From Candidatus Kerfeldbacteria bacterium (lineage in GTDB: Bacteria; Patescibacteriota; Patescibacteriia; SBBC01): a stretch of 42,691 nt of DNA. The notes beneath the pieces were generated by a model. The model was not told where the DNA came from, did not search any database, and saw only the letters and a program-made list of their open reading frames with translations. The stretch spans positions 68,479 to 111,169 of the forward strand of contig JACQPY010000017.1 of assembly GCA_016207275.1 (NCBI GenBank), given 5' to 3'. This document shows positions 20,429 to 29,658 of the stretch, one piece after another. Position numbers and translations under genes: made by a program. The first letter of the stretch is position 1. Each line of letters opens with the position of its first letter.

Positions 20429-20494
20429 GTCAGTGATGTAAAGTATACCATGGAAACGTCAGGCGGGCTTCTGCGGCCGTGCTATACTTTGGCA

Positions 20495-21094
20495 GTGATC
20501 GAAATCGAGCAGAAATTCGCGATTAAGCCCGGCGATCGCGAGCGGTTGCTTGCTGGCGCGGAGTTTGTTAGTAAAAAGATCATCCACGACGCGTACTGGG
20601 ACACGCCGAACGCGATTTTGATATCCGGTGAGGCGTTCTTGCGCAACCGCGATGGAAAATTTGAGCTGAAAATTCCGCTGCACAAGTTAACGAAAGAGTT
20701 GCCGAAGTCCTATCACTACGATGAAATCTACGATGAAGCCGAGATTCGACAGCACCTCGGCCTGACGCGGCCGGGAAGCATGCCTGACGCATTGCGTCGC
20801 GGTGGCTACGACGTTGTGGCCGACTTTTCCACCACGCGTACAAAGTACCAGCGCGATCAGTTCATTCTCGATTTTGATGAGACAGACTTTGGATTTTCCT
20901 TGGTGGAAATTGAGCGACAGGTGGAGCGTGACGATCAACGAAAGGTTGCAGCTAAAGAAATTGTTGAATTCGCCAAAGGCATGGGATTAGAGTTGATGCA
21001 CGTTCGCGGTAAAATCCACGAGTTCATTAAATCTCGTCGTCCTGACCTGTGGGACAAGGTTAAGAAAGCATGGGAGCAGTGGCCCGAACACTAG
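20495..21094 (+). CDS. CYTH-domain protein
   Basis: N-terminal EIEQKF, DAYWDT, LRNRDG.FELK, LVEIE. Confidence 0.85.
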   Translation: MIEIEQKFAIKPGDRERLLAGAEFVSKKIIHDAYWDTPNAILISGEAFLRNRDGKFELKIPLHKLTKELPKSYHYDEIYDEAEIRQHLGLTRPGSMPDALRRGGYDVVADFSTTRTKYQRDQFILDFDETDFGFSLVEIERQVERDDQRKVAAKEIVEFAKGMGLELMHVRGKIHEFIKSRRPDLWDKVKKAWEQWPEH

Positions 21095-21112
21095 CTATGC
21101 TATACTGCGTTT

Positions 21113-21514
21113 ATGAATCCAATGCCGAAGGACGAAATCGAAAAGCTCAAGGGAAAATTGAGCACCGAGCAGCTCAACGTCTGCTTTTTGAAAGGCACGG
21201 AACCGCCGGGCAGCGGAAAGTTCCTGCACAACAAAGCCAAGGGCATGTACGTCTGCGTGGTCTGCGGGCAGGAATTGTTCAAATCTGACACCAAGTTCGA
21301 CTCGGGCACCGGCTGGCCGAGTTTCTGGGATAAGGCCAGCAAGGCCAATGTCACTACCGAGGATGATTACGCGCTCGGCATGCATCGGTTAGAAGTCTTG
21401 TGCTCACGTTGCCGCAGTCACCTTGGCCACGTTTTTCCGGACGGCCCAAAACCAACGGGGTTGCGCTTCTGTATCAATTCATTGGCCTTGGATTTTAAGC
21501 CGAGCAAAGCGTGA
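21113..21514 (+). CDS. msrB: Peptide methionine-(R)-sulfoxide reductase MsrB
   Basis: GTE, CVVC, KFDSGTGWPSF, HLGHVFPDGP, RFCINS. Confidence 0.97.
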   Translation: MNPMPKDEIEKLKGKLSTEQLNVCFLKGTEPPGSGKFLHNKAKGMYVCVVCGQELFKSDTKFDSGTGWPSFWDKASKANVTTEDDYALGMHRLEVLCSRCRSHLGHVFPDGPKPTGLRFCINSLALDFKPSKA

Positions 21515-22278
21515 AGACGTTCATTCAGAATCGTCACGGCCAAAAACTGGCGGTGGTTGTTGAGCAACCCAAACAGCCAACCGGCTTAGCTTTCGTCATG
21601 CACGGCCTCGGCGGTTTTAAGGAACAGCCGTTCATTCGGACCGCTGCGGGAACGTTGCTCGACTATGGGTACACGGTCGTGACGTTCGATACGACCAACA
21701 CGTTTGGCGAGAGCGACGGCGATTACGCCGATGCCACGACGACCAATTACTACGAAGATTTGGAGGATGTCATCGCGTGGGCGATGAAACAGTCATGGTA
21801 CATTGAACCGTTCATCTTGGCTGGCCACAGCCTGGGCGGCATTTGTACGGCTCTGTATGCTGAACAGTATCCGACCAAGGTTAAAGCCCCGTTTCCGGCT
21901 TCAACAGTAGTTTCGGGAAAGCTCAGTTTACAATCCGAAGACCCGAAAGCACTGGCGGAGTGGAAACAAACCGGCTGGCAGGAGGAACCGAGCCGGTCGA
22001 AACCGGGTGTAATGAAACGGCTTAAGTGGTCGCACATGGAAGACCGACAAAAGTATAATTTGCTTCCTAATATTGGGAAGTTGACCATGCCGGTCTTGCT
22101 GGTGGTGGGGCAGCACGATGAATCAACGCCAGTTCAGCATCAGCAGCTTTTGTATGAAGCACTGCCTGGCTCGAAAGAAATTCACATCATCAAGGGCGCT
22201 CCGCATACATTCCGCGACCCCAAGCATTTACAGGAAATTCATCAGATAGTCAACAACTGGCTAAAGAAGGTGGCATGA
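21511..22278 (+). CDS. Alpha/beta hydrolase
   Basis: HGLGG, GHSLGG nucleophile elbow, catalytic Asp and His candidates (GQHDE, GAPH). Confidence 0.9.
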   Translation: MKTFIQNRHGQKLAVVVEQPKQPTGLAFVMHGLGGFKEQPFIRTAAGTLLDYGYTVVTFDTTNTFGESDGDYADATTTNYYEDLEDVIAWAMKQSWYIEPFILAGHSLGGICTALYAEQYPTKVKAPFPASTVVSGKLSLQSEDPKALAEWKQTGWQEEPSRSKPGVMKRLKWSHMEDRQKYNLLPNIGKLTMPVLLVVGQHDESTPVQHQQLLYEALPGSKEIHIIKGAPHTFRDPKHLQEIHQIVNNWLKKVA

Positions 22279-22283
22279 GGTAG

Positions 22284-22796
22284 GTTCTCGACGCGGCCGC
22301 CTGCGGCGACCTTGCTCGAACAGGAAATACTTTCATTTTTCTTCGAGCGACTCCCGCGGATGCGGGAGGAGTCGAGAAGCACCTTAAAAAAGTTCTCGAC
22401 GCGTCCCGCCAGCGGCGGGACTTGCTCGAACAACAATCTTTTGTTAGTCTACGATTTGACAAACGGTGGCCCTGAGCCGCCGATTTATGTACAAAAAATG
22501 GCACTGGTACGTCTACATTATCGAGTGTTTGGATGGAACCTATTACACTGGTCGAACGTGGGATGTAGCCGGTCGCTTTGAGCAGCACTTGTCTGGTTTG
22601 GGAGGAAGGTATACGGCCAAACATGGGGTCAAGCGGCTGGCGTATTTTGAAGAGCATGATAATTTTGAAACGGCCAGTTCACGAGAAAAGCAAATCAAAG
22701 ACTGGAGCCGAATGAAGAAACAAAAGCTCATTGAAGGGGAGTGGAAGTCTGATTGGTAGGTTCTCGACGCACTTCCTGCGGGAGTTTGCTCGAACA
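22284..22796. repeat. Four ~39-bp REP-like repeats flanking the GIY-YIG gene
   Basis: TTCTCGAC-variable hairpin-GCTCGAA at 22284-22322(+), 22341-22380(-), 22392-22432(+), 22760-22796(+). Confidence 0.9.
22487..22759 (+). CDS. Small GIY-YIG nuclease (UPF0213-like)
   Basis: WYVYII.C.DGTYYTG.T, R..QH, RYT, REKQIKDWSR.KK. Confidence 0.9.
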   Translation: MYKKWHWYVYIIECLDGTYYTGRTWDVAGRFEQHLSGLGGRYTAKHGVKRLAYFEEHDNFETASSREKQIKDWSRMKKQKLIEGEWKSDW

Positions 22797-22924
22797 ATAA
22801 ACTGCTTAAACCGAACTTGGTGCTAATGTGACCAGACTTAGTTCAACCGTGGCAGCCAGGCATATCGTCACCCGTTTCAAACTTAGCCGGTAGGCGTTAA
22901 AAAAAGTGCACCCCCGTGGGGCGG

Positions 22925-23173
22925 TTAGGCTACGGGGGTGTTCGGGTCGAGCGGCGCAAACCACATGCCCGAGAGATGAGCTTCGCCGTGCGGCGTGGCG
23001 ATGACGACTTCCTGTTTGTGCCCGGCCGCGGCCGGAGCATCAGCCTTCCAGACACGAAGGACCTCGAACGGTCCTGGGCCAAAGCGTTTTTGGTAGTCGG
23101 CCACGATCGTGGCAAAGATCGGCCGGAGGTCAGTGCACCAGCGGACGAACTGTCCTTCAGCGAAACGAGCCAT
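22925..23173 (-). CDS. Hypothetical protein (GPGP / GH.Q / SG motif family)
   Basis: Strong AAGGAGG RBS; paralog immediately upstream. Confidence 0.75.
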   Translation of the reverse strand: MARFAEGQFVRWCTDLRPIFATIVADYQKRFGPGPFEVLRVWKADAPAAAGHKQEVVIATPHGEAHLSGMWFAPLDPNTPVA

Positions 23174-23413
23174 CGTCTTCCTCCTTAGCTGTAGGAGTCG
23201 AATTCACGGTCTTGAGGAGCAAGCCCGAGAATTCAACTTCCTGACCTCGGCAATTGCGGATGGTAACGATCTGGGATGACCGACGCTGGCTAGCTCAGAC
23301 GGCTTGGTCGGTCGGACCGCCAGGACTGGGTGTGGTCCGGGGCCGTGAAAGGGGATGAAACCTTTGGCCTCGGGTCGCCAGTGCACTTGTGTCACGCCAG
23401 AGAAATCTTCCAT
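23157..23413 (-). pseudogene. Frameshifted paralog of 22925..23173
   Basis: GGAGG RBS then MEDF..HGPGPHPVL..VGHP; one extra base at 23273-23275 continues QIVTIRNCRGQEVEFSGLLL, matching the neighbour's QEVVIATPHGEAHLSGMWF. Confidence 0.65.
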
Positions 23414-23529
23414 GGTTTCCTCCAAAATGAACAAGGGTTGGCGTTTGGTTTGGTGGACAATAGTATGGTCGGGCATCAAAAGCGTGTCAAGAGTATGGTA
23501 TACTAAGATCATTATCGAAAGGAGTATCT

Positions 23530-23679
23530 ATGGGGAAAAAGGCAAAGTCTGAAGCGCCAAAGAAAAAGAAGCATCATCGCTTCAAGAAGCTCGTGAAGCT
23601 GGCGGTGCTGGCTGGGGCGGCGTACAGTGCGAAGAAGATCTGGGACCAGCAACGCGGGCGGAAGAAGTCACCGAAGTAG
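23530..23679 (+). CDS. 49-aa Lys-rich peptide with one short hydrophobic segment (below the ORF-track cutoff)
   Basis: AAGGAG RBS; MGKKAKSEAPKKKKHHRFKKLVKLAVLAGAAYSAKKIWDQQRGRKKSPK. Confidence 0.7.
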   Translation: MGKKAKSEAPKKKKHHRFKKLVKLAVLAGAAYSAKKIWDQQRGRKKSPK

Positions 23680-23680
23680 C

Positions 23681-23875
23681 GTGGAGCCTCCCGAAGGTAC
23701 AGAACGGGCGACCTGGAGGCGAGTCGCAGTCGGGTTCGTGCTTTTCCTCTACCTTGGATTCGCGACCTGGACTTTCTTCCTGAGTGGCGACGTCGTTTCG
23801 GCCCTCGCGCTTTTCCTTCCCGTTTCCGTCCTCCTCTGGCTCATCCTCAGGGTTGTGAAGAGACGACACCCATGA
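23681..23875 (+). CDS. Small two-TM protein
   Basis: GTG 1 nt after the previous stop; two hydrophobic helices; ATGA overlap with the next gene. Confidence 0.65.
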   Translation: MEPPEGTERATWRRVAVGFVLFLYLGFATWTFFLSGDVVSALALFLPVSVLLWLILRVVKRRHP

Positions 23876-24144
23876 CGAAAGACCCGAAGAACGAACTGGC
23901 GCCGTACACAGAGATTCTTGCCGTTGCCCGTCAGAGGAGATTTCGCGAGTGGGAACCGAAGCTGCGGTTGCTGGCTGAGCAGTTTAACCGCGGCCGGCTG
24001 CAGCTGCCGCCTGATCCAGTGCTGCGCGCCTCGCTCTTGGCCATGCAGGAACGTAACGGCGTGATCGATATGTCGACCGTTGATACAAATTGCCGGATGC
24101 TGGCGCAGGCCGTGTGGGATGCGCAGGACAAAGGAAACCGATGA
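23872..24144 (+). CDS. Hypothetical protein, possibly Avs1c-like
   Basis: Coupled ORF; EWE..LRLL.E....G and NGVIDMSTVD..CRMLA resemble the Avs1c pattern as I recall it. Confidence 0.55.
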   Translation: MTKDPKNELAPYTEILAVARQRRFREWEPKLRLLAEQFNRGRLQLPPDPVLRASLLAMQERNGVIDMSTVDTNCRMLAQAVWDAQDKGNR

Positions 24145-24614
24145 GTCGTGAGTTTCGATCAGGGTTGCTGTTCGCTGGCATCGCGGTCGGGTTGGTGGTT
24201 GTTGTCATCATCACCTCGCGACAGCTTAAACCGTCGACCGAGCAAACCACCTCGGTCGAGGTCAACCCGACGGCCAACACAATCGGCCTGGTCACTAATT
24301 TCGTCGAAGTTCGAACGTCAACCTTTGTCGAGTCAGTGCCGAATAACAACGCCCTGCTCGCGGTGGCGCCGAACACGGTGCGGGTAATGTTTTCCGAAAC
24401 GTTGGGGACCGGGTCGAGCCTGACGGTGATCAATGGTCAGGGCCAGTACCTTCAGCTTGGCCGGCCGACTTTTTCCGATGACCGGCGGATCATGACCGTG
24501 CTGCTGGCTAAGCACGCCAGCGGACCATTGACTGTTTCGTATCGGGCCTGCTCACTCGACGGAATCTGCAGCGACGGCCGGTTCGGCTTTGTGGTTCGGC
24601 CGGTTACACCGTAG
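24141..24614 (+). CDS. Membrane-anchored CopC-like protein
   Basis: FVESVP....L..AP.TVRVMFSE.L, VSYRACSLDG...GRFGFVV; N-terminal TM helix. Confidence 0.7.
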   Translation: MSREFRSGLLFAGIAVGLVVVVIITSRQLKPSTEQTTSVEVNPTANTIGLVTNFVEVRTSTFVESVPNNNALLAVAPNTVRVMFSETLGTGSSLTVINGQGQYLQLGRPTFSDDRRIMTVLLAKHASGPLTVSYRACSLDGICSDGRFGFVVRPVTP

Positions 24615-24795
24615 CTTAGTTAGGTCAGCCGTCTTAACTGTATTAAAATTGTTTGGGCCGAAGCGTCGACTTCATGTCGCGCTGAGGCGTTCACGAGACA
24701 ACCGTCGGCTGACAGTTGGAGCAAACGTAAGAAAACGAGCGCCAGTTGTTGCTTGCCGCGGGAAGGGTAGCGGGGCGCTCGTTCGTGTCGTTTGC

Positions 24796-25089
24796 TTATT
24801 GCCCGGTCTCATCGGCCCGGTCCTCCGTGACGTTGGGGGTTCGAACGCATGACGTCGGAATCAGGATGTGTTGGTCACCGGAAATTCCGACCACAGCCAG
24901 TGCTCCACTTGGCGGGCGACCGCGAAGCAGAAGCAAACGAATGGTGCCTGAGGTTGCGGAGATGCCGCGGTACTGGAAGGTGACAGTGTCGCCGCCCTTG
25001 AATCCATTGAGGCATTCAACGAACGTAACACCTTCTTCCCGAAAGCGTATCGCATACATCTTGCGCAATTGCTCCTCGGAAAAGAGCAT
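24796..25089 (-). CDS. Hypothetical protein
   Basis: AAGGAGGTG RBS before ATG 25089. Confidence 0.55.
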   Translation of the reverse strand: MLFSEEQLRKMYAIRFREEGVTFVECLNGFKGGDTVTFQYRGISATSGTIRLLLLRGRPPSGALAVVGISGDQHILIPTSCVRTPNVTEDRADETGQ

Positions 25090-25213
25090 TTCCCTCACCT
25101 CCTTTCTCAACAGAATTGCGCGGCGAGGTACCTGATTCGTACCGCGGCCAGGTTTCTTTGTCAAGTCGTGGTATACTGGGAGTGTCGACTGTTAACAATC
25201 TGACAAAAAATCT

Positions 25214-25519
25214 ATGGCCAATGGTCAACCATCGCAACAAATCAATATTCAATCAGATCCCGCCACCCTGCGCGGCGTCTACGCCAACATGATGTTTGTG
25301 GTGCACACGCCCGAAGAGTTCGTCATGGATTTCATGAATATCGTGCCGGCCCAGCAGCAAGGTCACCACGTTGCCCGGATCGTCACCAGCCCCGGACACT
25401 TAAAAAGAATCATCGCCGCTCTGGCCGAGAATTTGAAGCGGTACGAAGCGCAGCATGGTCCGGTCAAGGCGGCCAGTGAACCGCCCGGCGCCAAAGAGAT
25501 TGGTTTTCGAGCGGGGTAA
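25214..25519 (+). CDS. DUF3467 family protein
   Basis: GVYANM..V.HTPEEFVMDF, VARIVTSPGHLKR...AL.ENL.RYE. Confidence 0.85.
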   Translation: MANGQPSQQINIQSDPATLRGVYANMMFVVHTPEEFVMDFMNIVPAQQQGHHVARIVTSPGHLKRIIAALAENLKRYEAQHGPVKAASEPPGAKEIGFRAG

Positions 25520-26610
25520 TGGCACCGGCGCATCGTTCACCCTGGACGTGGTTAGTGCTGGCCCTACCGGTCGTGGCGGCATTGCTCTTCCACCTCGGTC
25601 TGGCTACCATCGTGGTCCAGGGGATTCAGGAGCGGTGGTGGTTGATGGCACTGCTGGTTCTTGGTTTTTCGATCACGCTGGCCTGGTCAGCCGTGGCTAG
25701 CACGTTGGTGGTTGATCGTTGGGTACCGTGGGCCGTCGGCGGAGCAGTGGCCGCGACCAGCCTGGTCGTCGGTTTTAATCCACCAACGCTCCTGGCGCTG
25801 TTGATCGAGTTTATTGCTATCGGCACGTTTGCCCGTAACGCACGAATCGAGGCTTTGAACCGCTTGAAGTTTTCCGTCTGGAAAGCTATGTCCTTCGGTA
25901 TCACCACATCGATCACGCTGCTCCTGTTGGCCGTATCCGCCTTTTCCTACCATGGTTTTACGCGACCCGGCGCCGACGAGCGACTGAAGGGCGCCTTGAT
26001 CGACGCGGCGGTGACGGCGCTCAACCCGGTACTGCCGAAGGTTGTGTCGAACTACCGGCCCGACGCCACGGTTGATGAACTCATTCGGTCCACGCTGCCC
26101 AGCGGCCAATCGATCCTGGAGACGGCGCAGCAAAATGCCGGCGAACTGTCCCGGCCAGCGGTTGAACAGGCACTGCAGAATCGGGGAATCGACCCGCGTT
26201 TGGTTGACCTCAACCGCTTTGTCGCCCAGAGCCAAGCTAGCCAAGAGGAGCTGGCGCGACAGATTGACGCCCAGGTCCAAAAGCTGAGCGATGAGTTGGT
26301 GGTGACGACCCGGACCGAGCTATCGAAGGCTTTGGGCGTTGAACTGCGCGCTGATCAGCGAGGTGATGAAGCGATTCGGGCCGCCCTGACTGTTCGCTAC
26401 GACCACGCCCTGGCGCCAATGGCCTCATTGCTACCGTTCATCTTTGCCGGCTCACTGTTTTTTACCTTGGTTATCTTCACACCCGTATACCTGTACCTAA
26501 CCTGGTTTCTAGGCGCGGCGCTGTTTTGGATCTTGCGGGCCTTCCACCTGGTTCTGCCAGAAGAACACCAGGCCACCGTTCAGACGTTCCACCTGCGCGG
26601 CGAGCGTTAG
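25519..26610 (+). CDS. Multi-pass membrane protein of unknown function
   Basis: About five N-terminal TM helices, helical soluble domain, C-terminal TM helices. Confidence 0.8.
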   Translation: MAPAHRSPWTWLVLALPVVAALLFHLGLATIVVQGIQERWWLMALLVLGFSITLAWSAVASTLVVDRWVPWAVGGAVAATSLVVGFNPPTLLALLIEFIAIGTFARNARIEALNRLKFSVWKAMSFGITTSITLLLLAVSAFSYHGFTRPGADERLKGALIDAAVTALNPVLPKVVSNYRPDATVDELIRSTLPSGQSILETAQQNAGELSRPAVEQALQNRGIDPRLVDLNRFVAQSQASQEELARQIDAQVQKLSDELVVTTRTELSKALGVELRADQRGDEAIRAALTVRYDHALAPMASLLPFIFAGSLFFTLVIFTPVYLYLTWFLGAALFWILRAFHLVLPEEHQATVQTFHLRGER

Positions 26611-26633
26611 CACTCTTGACTTTAGAGTGCTAA
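26607..26633 (+). promoter_or_regulatory. CIRCE operator upstream of dnaJ
   Basis: Perfect TTAGCACTC-N9-GAGTGCTAA; the spacer contains a -35 TTGACT. Confidence 0.97.
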
Positions 26634-26658
26634 TCGCGCTAGGCTGAGCAGGCGACCT

Positions 26659-27729
26659 ATGGCCAAGGACTACTACCAGATTTTAGGCGTGGCGCGCGAT
26701 GCCAGCGACGATGACATCAAACGGGCCTTTCGAAAGTTGGCGCACCAGCACCACCCGGACAAGGCCGGCGGCGACGCTGACCGCTTCAAGGAAGTCAACG
26801 AAGCCTACCAAGTCCTGAGCGATCCGGCCAAGCGCCAGCAGTACGATCGTTTTGGCACAGTCGGCGGCCCGGGCGGCGGCGGTTGGGACCAGGCTGCGCG
26901 AGCCGGCGGTTTTGACTTTCGGACCGCCGGTTTTGAGGTTGGCGATTTAGGCGACATCTTCGGCGACTTCTTTGGTTTCGGGCGAAACCGGTCGCGCCAG
27001 GCGGCTGGCGGCCGCGACGCTGAAGTGGCGCTGTCGATTGACTTTCGCGACGCCGTGTTCGGCGCCGAGAAAGTACTCGAAGTTAGTGGTGAGGCGCAGT
27101 GCCCTCGCTGCCACGGCCGGGGGGCTGAACCTGGTTCGCCCGTGGAGACCTGTGCAACCTGCCGCGGGGCCGGGGTAGTCGAACAGGTACAGCAGACTAT
27201 CTTGGGAGCGATTCGTACTGAGCAAACCTGCCCGACCTGCGGCGGCGGTGGCGAGCAAGCCAAAACTAAATGCAAACGTTGCCGCGGCACTGGCGCGGTC
27301 CGCGGCAAACGAACGCTGAAGGTAGCCATTCCGGCGGGCATTGAAAACGGTCAGAGCATCCGACTGCGTGGGCAAGGCGAACCAGGCAGTCGCGGCGGCG
27401 TCCCCGGCGATTTGTACGTCCGCATTCACGTCCGGCCGGACCCGATGTTCCGTCGTGATCACGACGATATTTTGACCCGTCGAACTATTACCATTTCGCA
27501 GGCGACACTCGGCGCGACGGTGCCGGTCGAGACGCTCGAGGGCGAAGTTGAGCTTACGATTCCAAACGGCACCCAGCCGGGCACGCTGTTCCGGTTACGC
27601 GGCAAAGGCGTGCCGCATCTCGACGGTCGCGGTCGGGGCGACCAGCTGGTTGAAGTGGTGGTCAGCATCCCAGCCAAGCTGACCCGCGAGCAGCGGAAGC
27701 TTCTCGAGCAGTTGGCTGAAACGGGGTAG
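26659..27729 (+). CDS. dnaJ: Chaperone DnaJ
   Basis: HPD motif, G/F region, four CxxCxGxG repeats. Confidence 0.98.
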   Translation: MAKDYYQILGVARDASDDDIKRAFRKLAHQHHPDKAGGDADRFKEVNEAYQVLSDPAKRQQYDRFGTVGGPGGGGWDQAARAGGFDFRTAGFEVGDLGDIFGDFFGFGRNRSRQAAGGRDAEVALSIDFRDAVFGAEKVLEVSGEAQCPRCHGRGAEPGSPVETCATCRGAGVVEQVQQTILGAIRTEQTCPTCGGGGEQAKTKCKRCRGTGAVRGKRTLKVAIPAGIENGQSIRLRGQGEPGSRGGVPGDLYVRIHVRPDPMFRRDHDDILTRRTITISQATLGATVPVETLEGEVELTIPNGTQPGTLFRLRGKGVPHLDGRGRGDQLVEVVVSIPAKLTREQRKLLEQLAETG

Positions 27730-27834
27730 CACGTTGCGATTCACGCTGATAGGGTTTGAGGTTGCGCTGAGCGCAATTTTGTGATACACTAAAGATAGTC
27801 GGAGTTATGCACACCTCCTAAAAGACGAAACAAA

Positions 27835-28419
27835 ATGCCGCTGCTTGCGCTCGACATCACCAATACACCATCAGCAGCGCAAAGTTTTGTGGCGAACGTG
27901 AACTGGGCCCAGCCGTCATGGGATCTGTTTATTGTGTTGTTCTTTATCATTGCCGGCTTTTTGTACGGCTTGAGCCTGGGACGCGATCGCGTCATCGTCA
28001 TTCTGGTGGCGATCTACATGGCCTTGGCCGTAGTCAACACGGCCCCCTATATCGGCAACTTCCAGGCTGACGTTGGCGTGGCCGACGTTTTTGTTTTCCG
28101 TATCTCCGCTTTCGTGGCTGTCTTCATTGCGCTGTTTTTACTGTTGGCTCGGTCGGCTTTACTGCAAACCATTGCCAGCGCCGACGAAAAAGGCTCATGG
28201 TGGCAGGTGATGCTGTTCAGTTTTTTACACGTCGGCCTGCTGATCTCGATCGTTCTGTCGTTTCTGCCGCCGACCGCGACCGATAAGCTGGCCCCGCTGA
28301 CCCGAAGCATCTTCGTCAGCGAGTCCGGTCGTTTCCTGTGGATCATCGGTCCGATCGTGGCCATGGTTTTGATCAAGGGCGGGGCGGCCAATAAGAAAAG
28401 GTTTAAGTACGACATTTGA
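27835..28419 (+). CDS. Integral membrane protein (possibly CvpA-like)
   Basis: About five TM helices; WDLFIV...YGLSLG. Confidence 0.7.
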   Translation: MPLLALDITNTPSAAQSFVANVNWAQPSWDLFIVLFFIIAGFLYGLSLGRDRVIVILVAIYMALAVVNTAPYIGNFQADVGVADVFVFRISAFVAVFIALFLLLARSALLQTIASADEKGSWWQVMLFSFLHVGLLISIVLSFLPPTATDKLAPLTRSIFVSESGRFLWIIGPIVAMVLIKGGAANKKRFKYDI

Positions 28420-28509
28420 CGCGGTGTAACGTTCCTGGCCTGGCCGCGGTATAGCATAATCAGGTCTCGAGCAAGCCTGGATATACTAATCAGTAACTAA
28501 TTGCGAGGT

Positions 28510-29592
28510 ATGAAAAAACTACTCGTGCGTTCAGTTGGAGGGACGATAGCGGCCGCGGTGATGGTCCTGGCCCTGCCGTGGGCAGTCCACGCCGCCACCG
28601 TTGAAGGATCGCTGGTGGCGATGAGCGGCACCAGCCTGCCAGCGGTTTTGACCGTCCAGTCGGGCGCGACGACCTATGCCGTCAACGTTACCGTCGATAC
28701 CAAGCTGGTCAGAAAGTTCGGTGGCCCGTCGAGCCTTGAAGAATTCGCCGTCGGCGATCTACTGAGCATTGAGGGGACCGTCACCGGCACGACCATCGAC
28801 GCGACCAAGATCAAAAACCTGTCGATTCAGCGCAAGAGCTCGCTGTTCTGGGGAAAGATTCTCAGCATCGATGCGACCGCTAAATCGTTCATGCTCGATC
28901 CCAGCAAGCCAAAGAAAAATCTGCCAGATCAAACAGTTTTAACCAATAGTAAGACCAAGGTTTTCCAGGGCAACCGGGCGGGGGACTTCGACGATCTCGC
29001 CGTCGGCATGACCGTTAAGGTCATTGGGGTGTGGCGAAAGTCGCAGAACCAACTGACCGCCGATCGAATTTTGATTAAGCTGACCGAGCTCAACGGCACG
29101 GTCACTGCGGTCGATTGCACGGCTAACACCCTGATGGTCAAGACGAAGAAGGGCAAGCAGGAGACCTCCTGGACCGTTAACCTGACCAGCGACACGGTTA
29201 TCCGGGATAAGAATCTCAATCAGATCGCCTGTGGCGACGTCAGGGTTGACCACCGAGTCCACGTCCGAGGGCTGCGAACTGACGCAACCAGCCTGAATGC
29301 CTTGCAGATCTGGGATCGCGGCGCCAAGAAAACGCAGAACACCTGGAACGGCGAGATTACTTCGATCGACAGCACCAACAAAACCTTTGAATTGAAAGTC
29401 AAGGGTAAGAAGAACTCGACGACCAGCTACACCGTCATGACGACCGTTGAGACCATCATCGTCAATGACAACGGTACGGTCGTTGCCTTCACCGATTTGG
29501 TGGTTGGTCACGATGTTCAGGTTAGGGGTACGTCAATCGGCACGAACGTGACCGCCAACCTGATTCTCGATAAAGATCTCCCGGCCAGCTAA
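28510..29592 (+). CDS. Secreted protein with four DUF5666-like repeats
   Basis: Signal peptide; repeated G.(I/V).SID...T.....(L/F).VG..V.V.G......A..I. Confidence 0.8.
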   Translation: MKKLLVRSVGGTIAAAVMVLALPWAVHAATVEGSLVAMSGTSLPAVLTVQSGATTYAVNVTVDTKLVRKFGGPSSLEEFAVGDLLSIEGTVTGTTIDATKIKNLSIQRKSSLFWGKILSIDATAKSFMLDPSKPKKNLPDQTVLTNSKTKVFQGNRAGDFDDLAVGMTVKVIGVWRKSQNQLTADRILIKLTELNGTVTAVDCTANTLMVKTKKGKQETSWTVNLTSDTVIRDKNLNQIACGDVRVDHRVHVRGLRTDATSLNALQIWDRGAKKTQNTWNGEITSIDSTNKTFELKVKGKKNSTTSYTVMTTVETIIVNDNGTVVAFTDLVVGHDVQVRGTSIGTNVTANLILDKDLPAS

Positions 29593-29615
29593 CGTCTAGC
29601 GAGCACGATCGGCGC

Positions 29616-29652
29616 CAACGCCCCGAGTCACACGGGGCGTTGCGTTTTTTTC
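29616..29652 (+). terminator. Intrinsic terminator between convergent genes
   Basis: CAACGCCCCG-loop-CGGGGCGTTG then a T-run. Confidence 0.8.
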
Positions 29653-29658
29653 TGATGA

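Noticed and set aside
22284-22432. CRISPR-like mini-array beside a nuclease
   Set aside because: Units alternate in orientation and their variable parts are self-complementary hairpins, which fits REP-like repeats.
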